Shown here piece by piece: positions 30,571 to 41,734 of a stretch of 64,000 nt of DNA. Made by a program: the position numbers and the translations under genes. Source of the DNA: Acidimicrobiia bacterium (GTDB lineage Bacteria > Actinomycetota > Acidimicrobiia > Spongiisociales > ZC4RG35). The stretch lies in contig DATCZS010000023.1 of NCBI GenBank assembly GCA_036525795.1, forward strand, positions 11,596 through 75,595, written 5' to 3'. The notes under the pieces were generated by a model. That model saw only the letters and a list, made by a program, of their open reading frames with translations, was not told the DNA's origin and did not search any database. Position 1 is the stretch's first letter, and every line of letters starts with the position of its first letter.

Positions 30571-31460
30571 GTGGCGGTGGTTGTCGTTCGCGGCTCGATG
30601 TGCACTGACGGGGCGAGGTCGGATGCCCTTTCGCTCACGATAGCCAACGCCACCGCCAGGGCCTCCCGGGTGAGAGCCACGTTGTGGGTTCGCAGCACCG
30701 CCGCCCCCCGTTCGGCTGCCAGCGCGAGCGACACCGCAGTGGAGTGGTCGCGGCGCGCCGGATCGTCGACCCCCGTGATCTCCCCCAGGAATCGCTTCCG
30801 CGACGTTCCGATCAGGATCGGTCGCCCCAGGAGGGACAGGGACTCGAGCCGGTTGCACAGTGCGAGGTTGTGCTCGACGGTCTTGCCGAATCCGATGCCG
30901 GGATCCACCACCAGTGCCTCCCGGTCACAACCGGCCTCGATGGCCTGGGCCAACCTCTGGCCGAGGAACGAGACGACATCGGAGACGACATCTTCGTAGT
31001 ACGGGGCATGCTGCATGGTCTGTGGCGTGCCCTGCATGTGCATCACGACCGCTCCCGCGCCGCTCGCGGCAACCAGATGGCGCATGCCTTCACCGCCGAG
31101 GCCACCGACGTCGTTGACGATCTCGGCCCCCGCTTCGACGGCCTCAGATGCGACGACCTCTTTCGACGTGTCGACCGAGACGACGATCCCTCTGGCAGCC
31201 AGCCCCTCGACCACCGGAACCACCCGGCGCAACTCCTCGGCGGCCGTCACCGCTCGCGCCCCCGGACGGGTGGACTCGCCACCGACGTCGATCAGATCCG
31301 CACCCTCCTCGGCCAATCGAAGGCCGTGTTCGATTGCCCTGCCAGGATCGAGAAACCGACCACCGTCGGAGAACGAGTCCGGTGTCACGTTGAGGATCCC
31401 CATCACCAGCGGACGACCGAACGAGATGCGGCGGGTGCGGAGCCGCCACGTCCATTTCAT
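30567..31460 (-). CDS. folP: Dihydropteroate synthase
   Basis: Pterin-binding TIM barrel ([32 protein letters not shown]). The start overlaps the folE stop. Confidence 0.85.
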   Translation of the reverse strand: MKWTWRLRTRRISFGRPLVMGILNVTPDSFSDGGRFLDPGRAIEHGLRLAEEGADLIDVGGESTRPGARAVTAAEELRRVVPVVEGLAARGIVVSVDTSKEVVASEAVEAGAEIVNDVGGLGGEGMRHLVAASGAGAVVMHMQGTPQTMQHAPYYEDVVSDVVSFLGQRLAQAIEAGCDREALVVDPGIGFGKTVEHNLALCNRLESLSLLGRPILIGTSRKRFLGEITGVDDPARRDHSTAVSLALAAERGAAVLRTHNVALTREALAVALAIVSERASDLAPSVHIEPRTTTTAT

Positions 31461-32068
31461 CGGCCTGTGCCGATCAGCAAGCGCATCCCCTCTTCCCGCG
31501 TGGCCGGATTGCTGCGGAAGATCCCGCGCACCGCAGACGTCACGGTGGTGGATCCCGGCTTGCGCACACCCCTCATCGACATGCACAGGTGCTCCGCCTC
31601 GAGGACCACCATGACGCCGCGAGGCTCCAACACCCTCTCGAGTTCGTCCGCCACCTGGGTCGTCAGCCTCTCCTGAACCTGGAGCCGCCGGGCGTACATG
31701 TCGACGAGGCGGGCGAGCTTGGACAGGCCGGTGATGCACCCTGCGGGGTTGGGGATGTAGGCGACGTGCGCCCGACCGAGGAACGGGACGAGATGGTGCT
31801 CGCAGAGCGAGTACAGCGGGATGTCGCGCACCATGACCACCTCGTCGTAGTGCGAGTCGAACTGCACCGACAGGTGTTCGTCCGCCGACTCCCACATCCC
31901 CGACAGGACTTCCCCGTAGAAGCGGGCGACCCGGTCGGGAGTGTCGACGAGGCCGTCGCGGTCGGGATCCTCGCCCACCGCAACGAGGATCTGCCGGACG
32001 GCGGCAGCAATGGCGTCTTGGTCGACCCCACCGGCGGGTCCACTGACGGGGGTGGCGTCGCTGGTCAT
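31457..32068 (-). CDS. folE: GTP cyclohydrolase I
   Basis: LCEHH zinc-binding motif and MVV...CMSMRGV core. Confidence 0.9.
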   Translation of the reverse strand: MTSDATPVSGPAGGVDQDAIAAAVRQILVAVGEDPDRDGLVDTPDRVARFYGEVLSGMWESADEHLSVQFDSHYDEVVMVRDIPLYSLCEHHLVPFLGRAHVAYIPNPAGCITGLSKLARLVDMYARRLQVQERLTTQVADELERVLEPRGVMVVLEAEHLCMSMRGVRKPGSTTVTSAVRGIFRSNPATREEGMRLLIGTGR

Positions 32069-32102
32069 CTCGCCGACCCTAGCGATTCCGGCGACGGGCC
32101 GA

Positions 32103-34028
32103 TCAGGCGGAGGGTTCGGTCGTCATGCTGACCGCGGCGACGCCGCGCTGATTGTCCGGAGCGGAGACAGGACGCTGAATGCGAAGCGAGCCGGTTGCGG
32201 CGTGCTCCCACTTGGGCACGTCTTCGAAGATCTCCGAGACCTCGTCCGGACCGACCGTTTCTTGCTCGAGCAGGCAGGCGACCATGCGCTCCATGGCATC
32301 GCGATGGGCGGTGAGGATCTGGCGAGCCTCCTCGTGGGCGGCGCTGATCAGCGCCCGCACCTCTTCGTCGATGGAGGCGGCGACTTCGTCCGAGACGTCC
32401 TGGGTTCGGGTGTAGTCGCGGCCGAGGAAGACCTCGCCGGCGGGCTTGCCGTACTGGAGCGGACCGAGTCGATCGCTCATCCCGTACTCCATCACCATGC
32501 GCCGGGCGATCGACGTCGCCTTGTCGATGTCGTTGGCCGCCCCGGTCGTCGGATCGGCGTACACCAGTTCCTCGGCGGTTCGACCTCCGAGCAGCACCGC
32601 CAGCTGATCGACCAGCTCGGACCGCCTCACCAGGTACTTGTCGTGGGTGGGGAGCGACAGGGTGTGCCCCAGCGATCGACCGCGGGCGACGATGGTGACC
32701 TTGTGTACCGGGTCGGCCATCGGCAGTGCCCAACCGACCAGGGCGTGCCCGGTCTCGTGGTAGGCGATGAGCTTCTTCTCATCGTCTGTCATCACACGGG
32801 TCTTCCGCTCCGGGCCGGAGATGACCCGGTCGATCGCCTCCTCCAGCTCGTCCATGCCGACCTGGGACCGCCGTCTCCTTGCGGTCAGCAGCGCGGCCTC
32901 GTTGATGAGGTTCGCCAGGTCCGCCCCGGTGAAGCCGGGGGTGCGCCGTGCCAGGACCTCGAGGTCGATCTCCTCATCGAGCGGCTTGCCCTTGGCGTGC
33001 ACTTCGAGGATCGCCTTGCGGCCCTCGATGTCGGGTGCGTCGACGGTGATCTGCCGGTCGAAGCGCCCCGGGCGGAGCAAGGCGGGGTCGAGGATGTCCG
33101 GCCGGTTGGTGGCAGCCATCACGATCACCCCGGTGCTTCCTTCGAACCCGTCGAGCTCGACCAGCAGCTGGTTGAGCGTCTGCTCGCGTTCGTCATGACC
33201 GCCACCGAGGCCGGCGCCGCGATGGCGCCCCACGGCGTCGATCTCGTCGATGAAGATGATGGCTGGAGCGCTCTGCTTCGCCTGTTCGAAGAGGTCACGA
33301 ACCCGGCTGGCTCCGACACCGACGAACATCTCGACGAAATCGGAGCCGGAGATCGAATAGAACGGCGCTCCGGCCTCACCCGCGACCGCCCTTGCCAACA
33401 GGGTCTTGCCGGTTCCTGGAGGGCCGAACAGCAGGACCCCCTTGGGGATCTTGGCCCCGAGCGCCCGGTACTTGTCCGGGTTCTGGAGGAAGTCCTTGAT
33501 CTCCTCCAGTTCCTCGATCGCCTCCTCGAGACCGGCGACATCCTTGAACGTGGCCTTCGGCTGGTCCTTGGAGATGGTCTTGGTCTTGGCCTTGCCGAAT
33601 TGCATGACGCGGTTCCCCGAGCCCTGCATCTGCATGAAGATGAAGACCATGAACCCGATCAGGATCAACCAGGGCAGGAAGCTGAAGAGGAGCTCCCAGA
33701 ATCCGGCGGGCTCACTGTCGTTGTCGACCTCGATGCCCGCCTCGAGCACCTGGGTGGTGAGCTCGTCCTCGAGCTCCGCCGGATAGCGGACGATGAAGTC
33801 GAAGGAGCCGTCCGGCTGATCCGAGCCGGCGTTGCGGCCCTGGATGCGATTGGTCCGCTCGAAGATCGTCACGTCCTTGATCGAGCCGTCGTCGACCTTG
33901 GTGTAGAAATCGGTCAGGCTGATCTCTTCAGGCGCGCTCGCCTCCTCGAACCATTGCTGGGCGACGATGGCCAGGACGACGAAGACAACGCCATAGATCA
34001 ACAGGGTCCGAAAGGTGCGACTCACCAT
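32103..34028 (-). CDS. ftsH: ATP-dependent zinc metalloprotease FtsH
   Basis: Two N-terminal TM segments, AAA+ [11 protein letters not shown], and the HEAGH (HETGHAL) zinc site. Confidence 0.9.
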   Translation of the reverse strand: MVSRTFRTLLIYGVVFVVLAIVAQQWFEEASAPEEISLTDFYTKVDDGSIKDVTIFERTNRIQGRNAGSDQPDGSFDFIVRYPAELEDELTTQVLEAGIEVDNDSEPAGFWELLFSFLPWLILIGFMVFIFMQMQGSGNRVMQFGKAKTKTISKDQPKATFKDVAGLEEAIEELEEIKDFLQNPDKYRALGAKIPKGVLLFGPPGTGKTLLARAVAGEAGAPFYSISGSDFVEMFVGVGASRVRDLFEQAKQSAPAIIFIDEIDAVGRHRGAGLGGGHDEREQTLNQLLVELDGFEGSTGVIVMAATNRPDILDPALLRPGRFDRQITVDAPDIEGRKAILEVHAKGKPLDEEIDLEVLARRTPGFTGADLANLINEAALLTARRRRSQVGMDELEEAIDRVISGPERKTRVMTDDEKKLIAYHETGHALVGWALPMADPVHKVTIVARGRSLGHTLSLPTHDKYLVRRSELVDQLAVLLGGRTAEELVYADPTTGAANDIDKATSIARRMVMEYGMSDRLGPLQYGKPAGEVFLGRDYTRTQDVSDEVAASIDEEVRALISAAHEEARQILTAHRDAMERMVACLLEQETVGPDEVSEIFEDVPKWEHAATGSLRIQRPVSAPDNQRGVAAVSMTTEPSA

Positions 34029-34164
34029 TCTCCTCGGTTCCGCGGTTCAGGTCGGAACAGCCGACGGACACATGGTACGGGAGCGACCCCGCTAAGCGAA
34101 GCGACGGCCATGGCCCCCGATCGACGCGACGCCTGCACCATCGAAACGAGAGACAGGACGTGTC

Positions 34165-34710
34165 TCAGTCGAAGGCCCGCACATCTTCGGGATCGCCTTC
34201 GATGACGCCGATGTACGGGAGATTGCGGTATTTGCCTGCGTAGTCCAACCCGTAGCCGACGACGAACTCGGGGCCGATGGCGAAACCCGGATACTTGACG
34301 TCGAGCGGAACCCGCTGGATCCCCTCTTTCACCAGCAGTGCGGCGATCTCCAACGAGGCCGGCCGCCGCACGCGCAGGCTCTTCATCAGGTAGTTCAACG
34401 TCAGCCCGGAGTCGATGATGTCCTCGACGATGAGCACGTCCCGGTCGGCGATCTCCTGATCGAGGTCCTTGAGAATCCGCACCACGCCGGATGTCTGGGT
34501 GGACGCCCCGTAGGAGGACACGGCCATGAAGTCGAACTCCACCGGAAGGTCGATGTGGCGGGCGAGGTCGGCCATCACCATGAATGCACCCTTGAGGACG
34601 CCGACGATGAGCAGATCCCCGCCGGAGTAGTCGGCGCTGATCTGCCGGCCCATCTCGGCCAGCTTGGCATCGATCTCCTCTTGGGTGATCAGGGTGCGAA
34701 TGGTCCCCAC
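34165..34710 (-). CDS. hpt: Hypoxanthine phosphoribosyltransferase
   Basis: PRPP-binding LIVEDIIDSGLT and typical 181 aa length. Confidence 0.85.
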   Translation of the reverse strand: MGTIRTLITQEEIDAKLAEMGRQISADYSGGDLLIVGVLKGAFMVMADLARHIDLPVEFDFMAVSSYGASTQTSGVVRILKDLDQEIADRDVLIVEDIIDSGLTLNYLMKSLRVRRPASLEIAALLVKEGIQRVPLDVKYPGFAIGPEFVVGYGLDYAGKYRNLPYIGVIEGDPEDVRAFD

Positions 34711-36008
34711 GCTTCATCCTCCGCCGCGACGGCGCAAAGGTAGCTCCTGGCCTCACCCCGAGTCGAACTCGCCCGGTAGGCGCCGGGGATCCACACGATC
34801 CGATCACCGACTTCCACCACCGGCCAGGGACCGGGGTCGTCCGCCGTCGCCAGGCCGGCGCCCTCGATCGCCTGCGATGCGGGTCGCTCCCGGCCCGGGG
34901 CGCCGACCACGTCCGACGGCTCCACGGCCCGGATCCGCGGCCACCCTGCAGGCTCCGCGAGGGGGATCACCGCGGCCCAGTTGGAAAACGGGATGGCCGG
35001 TCCGCGCTCGGTCAGCCTCACGTCGAGGCGCAGCGCCCCCCATCGCAGGGTGCCGGGACGGAACTCGACCGGATCGGACCGGCGGGGGGCCGCTTCGAGG
35101 CACAGCACTTCGCCCGTTCGGCTCGCCGTGATCCCGCCTCCGACCTGGGCGGACCGGCGGCGCCCGTCGACCACCTCGATGACACGCAGCACCGCATCGC
35201 GGTTCGGCGGAGAGCCGTCTCCCAGGCGGGCGACTTCTCGGCGGACGACTCGAGCCGAGAGCTCCGGGCCCTCGCGGCGCAACGCGTCGAGCGGCACGGC
35301 GGCGCGGCGCGGCGAGCGGTCGACCGGAATCGATCCAACGGCGTCGTCGAGGATGGCCAGGTCGTCGCGGAGTGCGGCGGCCGCCCTCACGAGTCCGGCG
35401 GAAAACGCCGGAGCGAACGATCGCTCGATGTGGGGCATGAGGTCGAGCCGAACGCGGTTGCGGAAGTACCGGAGGTCGCGATTGGACGGATCGTCGACCC
35501 ACGGCAGCCCGAGAAGGGTTGCGAGCTCTCGTGTCTCCGAGCGCCATACCCCGAGGAGCGGGCGGACCAGCCGCCCTCGGGCGGCCGGCATGCCTGCCAT
35601 CCCCTCGAGGCCCGCCCCGCGCATCAGATTCATCATCACCGTCTCTGCCTGGTCGTCGGCGGTGTGGCCGAGGACGACCCACTCGTCGGATCGGGTGTGT
35701 TCCCAGAGCGCCCCGTAGCGGGCCGACCTCAGCGTCGCTTCCGACCGTCCGCCCGGGGTCACCTCGATCACCTTCAGATCGAGTCCGAGAACGGAGGCGA
35801 TGTCGCGGGCGGCGGACCGCAGGAGCCCGGAGCCCTCCTGGCCGTGGTCGACATGGATCGCACGACCGGATCCCGACCGGGCGACCAGCCACGCCGCCAC
35901 CGCCGAGTCCGCTCCCCCGGAGAGGGCGGCGACCGCCGGGCTCCCCACGGCGCTGCTCCTGTCCGCCACCGTGGCGGCGAGCCCCCTCAGGCGACGCGTC
36001 TCAGCCAC
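34689..36008 (-). CDS. tilS: tRNA(Ile)-lysidine synthetase
   Basis: PP-loop SGGADS. GTG start (VAETRR...) with a GAGGA SD. The track ORF start at 36830 adds ~270 Arg/Gly-rich non-coding-like residues. Confidence 0.7.
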   Translation of the reverse strand: MAETRRLRGLAATVADRSSAVGSPAVAALSGGADSAVAAWLVARSGSGRAIHVDHGQEGSGLLRSAARDIASVLGLDLKVIEVTPGGRSEATLRSARYGALWEHTRSDEWVVLGHTADDQAETVMMNLMRGAGLEGMAGMPAARGRLVRPLLGVWRSETRELATLLGLPWVDDPSNRDLRYFRNRVRLDLMPHIERSFAPAFSAGLVRAAAALRDDLAILDDAVGSIPVDRSPRRAAVPLDALRREGPELSARVVRREVARLGDGSPPNRDAVLRVIEVVDGRRRSAQVGGGITASRTGEVLCLEAAPRRSDPVEFRPGTLRWGALRLDVRLTERGPAIPFSNWAAVIPLAEPAGWPRIRAVEPSDVVGAPGRERPASQAIEGAGLATADDPGPWPVVEVGDRIVWIPGAYRASSTRGEARSYLCAVAAEDEAWGPFAP

Positions 36009-37033
36009 GCCTGCGGATCCTCGATCTCGGCCATCGTCGGGAGCGCAGCCGCCTCGGACCACACCGCATCGAGCGCCCGCCACCCCGCGGCTCGCTCCAC
36101 GCCGAGCACGAAGCGCTCCCCCATCTCGTACTGGCTCAGTTTCATCTCCAGCCCGGTGAGCCGGAAGAACATCGCGAGTCGTGGATCGGCCCTGCGGGTC
36201 TTCACGACCGCCGCCATCCGGGTCCTGGTCCTGAGCACCCGGTCCCCCACCCGATCCATCACGACGTGTCCGTGGCCTTCCAGCACGCACATGGTGGCCT
36301 GGATCCGATCGAGGAGATCGCGCTGGTGTCTGGAGGCGAACAGGCCGAACAGGCCCCGTTCGTCGATCAGAGGACTGCCTTCGCTCCTCGCCCGCCGCAC
36401 CCTCCTGATGAGGGTCCGCAGGCGCGCTTCGTCCGGTTCCGCCTCTGCGACCATCGCTTCCACCAGTGAGAGGAAGTGGGGCCGGATCCAGTCGACCCCC
36501 ACGAACTGGGCACGATGGGCCGCCTCGTGCAACGCCACCCACATCCTGAACTCTGCGGGAATGAACTGATGGCGGCGTTCCATCGACAGCAGGTTCGCCC
36601 CGACGAAGGCGATCGAATCTGCATCGGACTCGGTCGGAAGCACCAGCTCGTACTGACCCAGCACCCTCCGGGAGAGGAATCCGAGCATCGCACCCGTCTC
36701 TGCGGCCACCAGACGTTTGGCGATGGTGGATCCGACTTCCTCGTCGACGACGGAGGAGAGACGGCCGGCCAGCTGCCGTTCTGCCGGCGCCAGCATCGTC
36801 TGGAAGGCGGCGACGTTGCGCTCGGCCCACTCGGCTCGCGAGACGACGGTCACGTCCGGATCGCCCGGCAGAGAGAAACCCGTCTCGGTCTCGACGAGCG
36901 CGCCTGCTCGCATCACCACTCCGGGAAGATCGTCGCGGAGGTGGTCGAGCAGCGGCCCGGACGCCAGCGGATCGTCTCCCGCAACCAGACCGGCGACCCG
37001 GCCGGCGAAGGGCCAGGGGATCCCTTCGGTCAC
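35987..37033 (-). CDS. Zinc-dependent metalloprotease (DUF2342 family)
   Basis: HEAAH motif and conserved position upstream of tilS/hpt. GTG start overlapping the upstream stop (GTGA). Confidence 0.65.
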   Translation of the reverse strand: MTEGIPWPFAGRVAGLVAGDDPLASGPLLDHLRDDLPGVVMRAGALVETETGFSLPGDPDVTVVSRAEWAERNVAAFQTMLAPAERQLAGRLSSVVDEEVGSTIAKRLVAAETGAMLGFLSRRVLGQYELVLPTESDADSIAFVGANLLSMERRHQFIPAEFRMWVALHEAAHRAQFVGVDWIRPHFLSLVEAMVAEAEPDEARLRTLIRRVRRARSEGSPLIDERGLFGLFASRHQRDLLDRIQATMCVLEGHGHVVMDRVGDRVLRTRTRMAAVVKTRRADPRLAMFFRLTGLEMKLSQYEMGERFVLGVERAAGWRALDAVWSEAAALPTMAEIEDPQAWLRRVA

Positions 37034-37332
37034 TCGACCACTTTGTAGCGGGCCCTGACCACCTTGGTGAAGTACTGCACCACGGTCACGAACACCACGA
37101 GAGCTCCGAGAACGACCGTGGTCGGAACCAGGAACCGGGTCGTCCACGGCTCCTGGCCGGCTTCGACTCCGGCGCGGAGGTCGACCTCGACCGCAGGCTG
37201 ATAGTCGCTCACCACTTCGGCACTCCCGCCACCGGGAGTTCCCTCGGGAGCTTCCTCTACCGCCGAGACCGAGGCCGCCAGCGTCAAGAACACCATCGCG
37301 AGCAGCGAAAACGAGACGAGTCGAAACCGCAT
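37030..37332 (-). CDS. Small two-TM membrane protein (hypothetical)
   Basis: MRFRLVSFSLLAMVFLTLAA N-terminal TM and a second TM near the C-terminus. Translationally coupled to the metalloprotease. Confidence 0.35.
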   Translation of the reverse strand: MRFRLVSFSLLAMVFLTLAASVSAVEEAPEGTPGGGSAEVVSDYQPAVEVDLRAGVEAGQEPWTTRFLVPTTVVLGALVVFVTVVQYFTKVVRARYKVVE

Positions 37333-37374
37333 ATGGAGCGGGAGACTACCCAATCAGACCTCGAAGGAGCGAAC

Positions 37375-37623
37375 TCATCGGTCCGAGATCAGACCTTCCG
37401 AACGGACCAGGGTGCGGAGCCGGTGAAGGACCTCGTCCGGCACCTCTTCCTGGAGATGGTTCCGCACGACGACCTTCAGCTTCTCCTCGAACTGGAATGA
37501 ATCCCCGCACGGGGGACAGTCCTCGAGGTGGAAACGGATGCGGGCGATCACGTCTCGGTCGCCGAGCTCTCCGTCGAGGTACTCGTACATCCGGGCGAGC
37601 GCTTCATCGCAGTGTTCACTCAT
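37375..37623 (-). CDS. rsrA: Zinc-associated anti-sigma factor (RsrA/RshA family)
   Basis: ZAS motif H..C...HLEDCPPCG. 82 aa. Overlaps the 3' end of the ECF sigma gene. Confidence 0.75.
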   Translation of the reverse strand: MSEHCDEALARMYEYLDGELGDRDVIARIRFHLEDCPPCGDSFQFEEKLKVVVRNHLQEEVPDEVLHRLRTLVRSEGLISDR

Positions 37624-38260
37624 CAGCCGTCACCTCATCCGGTACGAGCCCTCTGGTCTGTGCAAAACTCCACAACGCTCGCTGGAGCGCCTTTCTTCCC
37701 CGATGCAACCTGGACATCACGGTGCCGATGGGGATGTCCAGAATCTCTGCGATCTCCTTGTAGGCGAATCCCTCGAGATCGGCGAGGAGTACGGGGAGCC
37801 GGAACGCCTCGGGAAGATCCTCGACCGCTCGCTTGATGTCGGCCTCGACCAGGCCCGACAGCACGGCATCCTCGGCGCTGCCAGACGCGGCGGCCGACTG
37901 ATCTGCGCCTATCCGACGGTACAGGTAGAGCTCCTCGAGGTCGCCCAGGTCGGTCTCGGTCGGTCGCCGTCGCTCACGGCGGTAGCGGTTGATGTAGGTG
38001 TTCGTGAGGATCCGGTAGAGCCACGCCTTGAGGTTGGTCCCCTCTGCGAAGGTGTGATACGCCCGATATGCCTTGAGGAAGGTCTCCTGAACCAGGTCTT
38101 CGGCGTCTGCCGGGTTCCGGGTCATGCGCATCGCCGCGGTGTACAGCTGGGGTGCGTACTGCATGGCGTCGCGTTCGAAGTTCGCCTGATCGGCCACACC
38201 CGGAGGGTAGTGCGCTCCACGCCCGGGCCAGACAGGCGCCCGCCGACGACTGGGTATCAT
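37616..38260 (-). CDS. sigH: ECF RNA polymerase sigma factor, SigH/SigR family
   Basis: [36 protein letters not shown] and [14 protein letters not shown] closely match SigH/SigR regions 2 and 4. Confidence 0.8.
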   Translation of the reverse strand: MIPSRRRAPVWPGRGAHYPPGVADQANFERDAMQYAPQLYTAAMRMTRNPADAEDLVQETFLKAYRAYHTFAEGTNLKAWLYRILTNTYINRYRRERRRPTETDLGDLEELYLYRRIGADQSAAASGSAEDAVLSGLVEADIKRAVEDLPEAFRLPVLLADLEGFAYKEIAEILDIPIGTVMSRLHRGRKALQRALWSFAQTRGLVPDEVTADE

Positions 38261-38270
38261 GTCGCCCCTC

Positions 38271-38345
38271 GCCGGAGTAGCTCAGGGGTAGAGCAACGCA
38301 CTCGTAATGCGTAGGTCAGGGGTTCAAATCCCCTCTCCGGCTCCA
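38271..38345 (+). tRNA. tRNA-Thr (anticodon CGT)
   Basis: GCCGGAGTAGCTCAGGGGTAGAGCAACGCACTCGTAATGCGTAGGTCAGGGGTTCAAATCCCCTCTCCGGCTCCA forms a cloverleaf with anticodon loop CTCGTAA and CCA encoded. Confidence 0.85.
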
Positions 38346-38404
38346 TCAGCGATCGGTCACCAGCGATCGGCCATCATCCACCTGCGATCAGGTATCGGCC
38401 ATGT

Positions 38405-38456
38405 GAGACGTACGACGTGAGACGTGTGACGTGTGACGTGCGACGTGCGACGTGCG
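38405..38456. repeat. GACGTG(T/C) heptamer microsatellite (~7 copies) immediately downstream of tRNA-Thr(CGT), preceded by three GCGATC(G/A)G motifs
   Basis: gagacgtacgacgtgagacgtgtgacgtgtgacgtgcgacgtgcgacgtgcg. Confidence 0.7.
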
Positions 38457-38480
38457 TTCCAGCCCACCGGGCTGTCCGCC

Positions 38481-39524
38481 CTATTCGACCGCTCCCAGCT
38501 CGGTGAACAGGTTGGCGAGCAGGAGCTGGGGCCGCAGATTGGCCTGCAGGTCGGCGATTGCGTCGAGCACCAGTTCGGCGCTGCGCACCGCCTGGGCGGG
38601 CGAGACCACGGTGAGCGAGGACACCGCCACATCGGTGTTGCGGATGGGCCCGCCGTACTGCACTGCGGCGGCATCGCCGTACCACGTCGCCAGGATCTCC
38701 AGCCCGCTCATCATCAGCGCACTGCGCGCCCTGCGCTTGGCCCGATCGAGTTGGTCGCTCGATTGGTCAGGAGACTCGGCGACCGCCCGGTCGACCAGTG
38801 GATCGGCGGCGGCGAGCATCTCCTGGGCCAGGAGGAAGGACTCACCGGGTCGATCCGTGACTCGATGAGGGACCGACAGCCAGCCGGCTCGAAACTCCCC
38901 GATGTCGGGTGTCGAGATCAGGGCGAGGGCGAGCCCCGGGCGCCCTCCGGTCATGGCGGCGAGGGCGGATGCCCTCTCCGTGTCGACCCCGAGCGACTCC
39001 ATGGCCGCGCGAATGTCCGAGTCTCCCACCCGACCGAAATGCACCGTGCGGCACCTGCTGGCCACCGTGGAAGGGAGGTGGTCTTCCGACTCGGCCACCA
39101 GGATGAAGACCGTCGATGCGGTGGGCTCTTCCAGCGTCTTGAGAAGGGCGTTCGCCGCCTGCTCGGTCACATTCGAGGCCTCCTCGAACAGGAACACCTT
39201 GCGGTCTCCCTCGACGGGCGACATCACTGCCTGCTGCACGGTGGTGCGAGCCTGCTCGACCCCCAGGCTCTGGCGCCCTTCGGGACGGATCACCGACAGA
39301 TCGGGGTGGTTCCCCGAGTCCACCCGGCGACACGAGCGGCAGGGCTCCTCATGACGAACCGCCTCCGGACACAGCAGCAGCTTGGCGAACGCCCTGGCCA
39401 CCGTGGTCTTGCCGACTCCGGCGACTCCGGTGAAGAGATACGCGTTGGCGGGAGCGCCCGCCTCTCGCCTCAACAGCGCAACCGCCCTGGTGTGCCCGAT
39501 GATCCCCGAGAAGACGTCCGTCAC
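38481..39524 (-). CDS. holB: DNA polymerase III subunit delta'
   Basis: AAA+ clamp-loader motifs (GVAGVGKTT, zinc module CPEAVRHEEPCRSCRR, SRC-like). GTG start overlapping the tmk stop. Confidence 0.8.
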   Translation of the reverse strand: MTDVFSGIIGHTRAVALLRREAGAPANAYLFTGVAGVGKTTVARAFAKLLLCPEAVRHEEPCRSCRRVDSGNHPDLSVIRPEGRQSLGVEQARTTVQQAVMSPVEGDRKVFLFEEASNVTEQAANALLKTLEEPTASTVFILVAESEDHLPSTVASRCRTVHFGRVGDSDIRAAMESLGVDTERASALAAMTGGRPGLALALISTPDIGEFRAGWLSVPHRVTDRPGESFLLAQEMLAAADPLVDRAVAESPDQSSDQLDRAKRRARSALMMSGLEILATWYGDAAAVQYGGPIRNTDVAVSSLTVVSPAQAVRSAELVLDAIADLQANLRPQLLLANLFTELGAVE

Positions 39525-40111
39525 TCGATCGCCCCCAGGATCCGGCCGGCGATCTCTTGAGGAGTGCCGCGGGCCTCGATCGCCATCACCCGTCTGTCGG
39601 TTGCGACGAGGAGCCGGTAGGCCGACGCCACCGCCCGCTGGAACTCCAAGCCGGTCGAACTGATGCGATCCGCTCCGTCCTCCCGCCCCAAGCCGACCTC
39701 GGGGTCGATGTCGAGCACAACGACCACGTCGGGAAGACACCCCTGGAGCACCGCCTCGTTGAGCCGTCGCACCGGCTCGATCCCGAGACCTCTGGCACCG
39801 CCCTGGTAGGCGAGAGAGGAGTAGTACGAGCGATCGGAGATCACCCACGCTCCTTCGGCCAGCGCCGGCGCCACGACTTCCGCCACCAGCTGGGCCCGCG
39901 CCGCCGCGAACAGGGCCGCCTCGGCCCACGGGGTCATGTCGACCGAATGGAGGAGCACGCGGCGGATCTCCTCGCCGAGCTCCGTTCCTCCTGGTTCCCG
40001 CACCACGACCGACTTCGAACCCCGATCGTCGATCAACTGGGCCAGGGCGACGGCCACCGTGCTCTTGCCGGCCCCTTCGACCCCCTCCAGCGCCACATAC
40101 CGATTCGTCAC
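39521..40111 (-). CDS. tmk: Thymidylate kinase
   Basis: P-loop EGVEGAGKST, DRSYYS and LID region. Confidence 0.85.
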   Translation of the reverse strand: MTNRYVALEGVEGAGKSTVAVALAQLIDDRGSKSVVVREPGGTELGEEIRRVLLHSVDMTPWAEAALFAAARAQLVAEVVAPALAEGAWVISDRSYYSSLAYQGGARGLGIEPVRRLNEAVLQGCLPDVVVVLDIDPEVGLGREDGADRISSTGLEFQRAVASAYRLLVATDRRVMAIEARGTPQEIAGRILGAIE

Positions 40112-41607
40112 TCGCCCCTGCTCCTGCGATCTCCGCGCATCCAGGTCAAGGCGTCCCCGGCGTCGCGCAACGTGCGGTAGTCACCCTCGTCGAGTGGTTC
40201 CCCGCGTAGCTCGGCGCGCACCGCCCACAGCGCTCCTCCTCCCGACAGGACGATGACGACCCCGGCGGCCAGGATCACGGTCCTGACGCCGCTCTGGAGT
40301 ACCCCGGGGAAGCGGCCATCGAGGGCCGCCGCCCCCACGCCTGCGAGCCCGAATGAAACCAGCAGCGCCACCCGCACGGCGGCATAGAGCACGGCGAACG
40401 TCCTCCCTCTGATGTCGTCGGTGATCACGGCGTGGAGGTGGGTGAAGCCGGTGACGTACGCCACTCCGGTTCCGGCACCGGCGAGGAACACCCATCCTGC
40501 GGCGCCCGCCACCGTAGAGGTGAAGGCTGCGAGCGCGATCGCGCCCCCGGTGACCACCAGCGCCAGTGCGAACACCGCCTGCCGCCGCTCGATCCGGCGG
40601 CCCAATGCGGTCATGGTCCCCATCCCCAAGCCGACCCCGATGCCCAAGGTGGTGACGATGACGCCGTACCCGGAGTCGCCGCCCTTCAAGACCTGCGCGC
40701 TGAAGGGCTGCCCGAGCACGAAGAGCGCTCCACCACCCAGGAGCCCGAAGGCCATGCCCACGATCATCCGCCGCACGGCGTGGAAGCTGGCGATGAATCG
40801 GAACCCGTCCGCCATGTCCCGGAGGGGCGCCCGGAGGTCGAAGGTCCCCCGCGCCCTTCGCTCCTTCACAATCTCCAGTCGTTGGAGCGGGATCGTGAGC
40901 ACGATCAACCCTGATACGACGAAGGTGATCGCATCGAAGGCGAACGCGCTCGAGGTGGCGGCACCCGACCCGAACACCCGGAACGTGCCCTCACCCAATT
41001 CGGCGAACAGGGCGAACACCGCCGCCCCGAGGGGCGCCGTGCCATACGCACCGAGGAGGTTCAGTCCGTTGGCCGCCATCAGATGCCTGGCGGGCACCAA
41101 CTGTGGCACCACCGCCTCGCGGGCAGGCTGACGCATGAGAGAGAGCACCTCGATGGCGAACGTGATCACGAACAGGTCGCGGAAGTTGCCGACGAAGACG
41201 AGGACCAGCACGAGCACGGCCCGACCCATGTCGGCCACCACCATCGTCTTCTTGCGGTCCCACCGGTCGGCGAGCACCCCGCCGATCATGCCGATCGCCA
41301 CACCGGGCAGGATTCGCGCCACCAGTGGCACCAGGATCCCCAGCGACGCCGCCCTCCCGCCTCCGGCGATCTCCGCAGCAAGAGAGAAGGTGGCGAAGAG
41401 AGTCACCCAGTCCCCGAGGCTCGAGACCGACGACGCCCACCACAGCCGGGCGAACGGCCCACGCCGAATCAGTTCGCTGCCAGAGATGCGCTCGATCTTC
41501 GGATCCACAAGATGGAGGGTATCGACCGCAATGACGCATGGAGACTCCGTGTACGAGAAGCCCGGGAATCCGCACCCGGGGGATGACGAGGCCGCGACTC
41601 GTGACAT
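40108..41607 (-). CDS. MFS transporter
   Basis: 12 TM segments in an MFS fold. Start chosen at the ATG MSRVAASS; later GTG alternatives exist. The track ORF start at 41874 over-extends. Confidence 0.65.
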   Translation of the reverse strand: MSRVAASSSPGCGFPGFSYTESPCVIAVDTLHLVDPKIERISGSELIRRGPFARLWWASSVSSLGDWVTLFATFSLAAEIAGGGRAASLGILVPLVARILPGVAIGMIGGVLADRWDRKKTMVVADMGRAVLVLVLVFVGNFRDLFVITFAIEVLSLMRQPAREAVVPQLVPARHLMAANGLNLLGAYGTAPLGAAVFALFAELGEGTFRVFGSGAATSSAFAFDAITFVVSGLIVLTIPLQRLEIVKERRARGTFDLRAPLRDMADGFRFIASFHAVRRMIVGMAFGLLGGGALFVLGQPFSAQVLKGGDSGYGVIVTTLGIGVGLGMGTMTALGRRIERRQAVFALALVVTGGAIALAAFTSTVAGAAGWVFLAGAGTGVAYVTGFTHLHAVITDDIRGRTFAVLYAAVRVALLVSFGLAGVGAAALDGRFPGVLQSGVRTVILAAGVVIVLSGGGALWAVRAELRGEPLDEGDYRTLRDAGDALTWMRGDRRSRGE

Positions 41608-41734
41608 CGACGCCCGCGGATCGCTCGGAAGGACGCCGCCACCCCGCGCCGGCAGGGCCGGAAGCCGGTCCCGACCGCCTCGGACGGTCCGCTCTCCTTG
41701 ACCCGTCTCTCGCATTGCCGTAGCTTGCCGCACC

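Noticed and set aside
34804-35892. 362-aa minus-strand ORF and other frames inside the tilS upstream extension (36009-36830).
   Set aside because: The track ORF start at 36830 precedes the PP-loop by >270 Arg/Gly-rich residues. A GTG with an SD at 36008 gives a normal TilS. The extra region overlaps the metalloprotease gene on the same strand in another frame.
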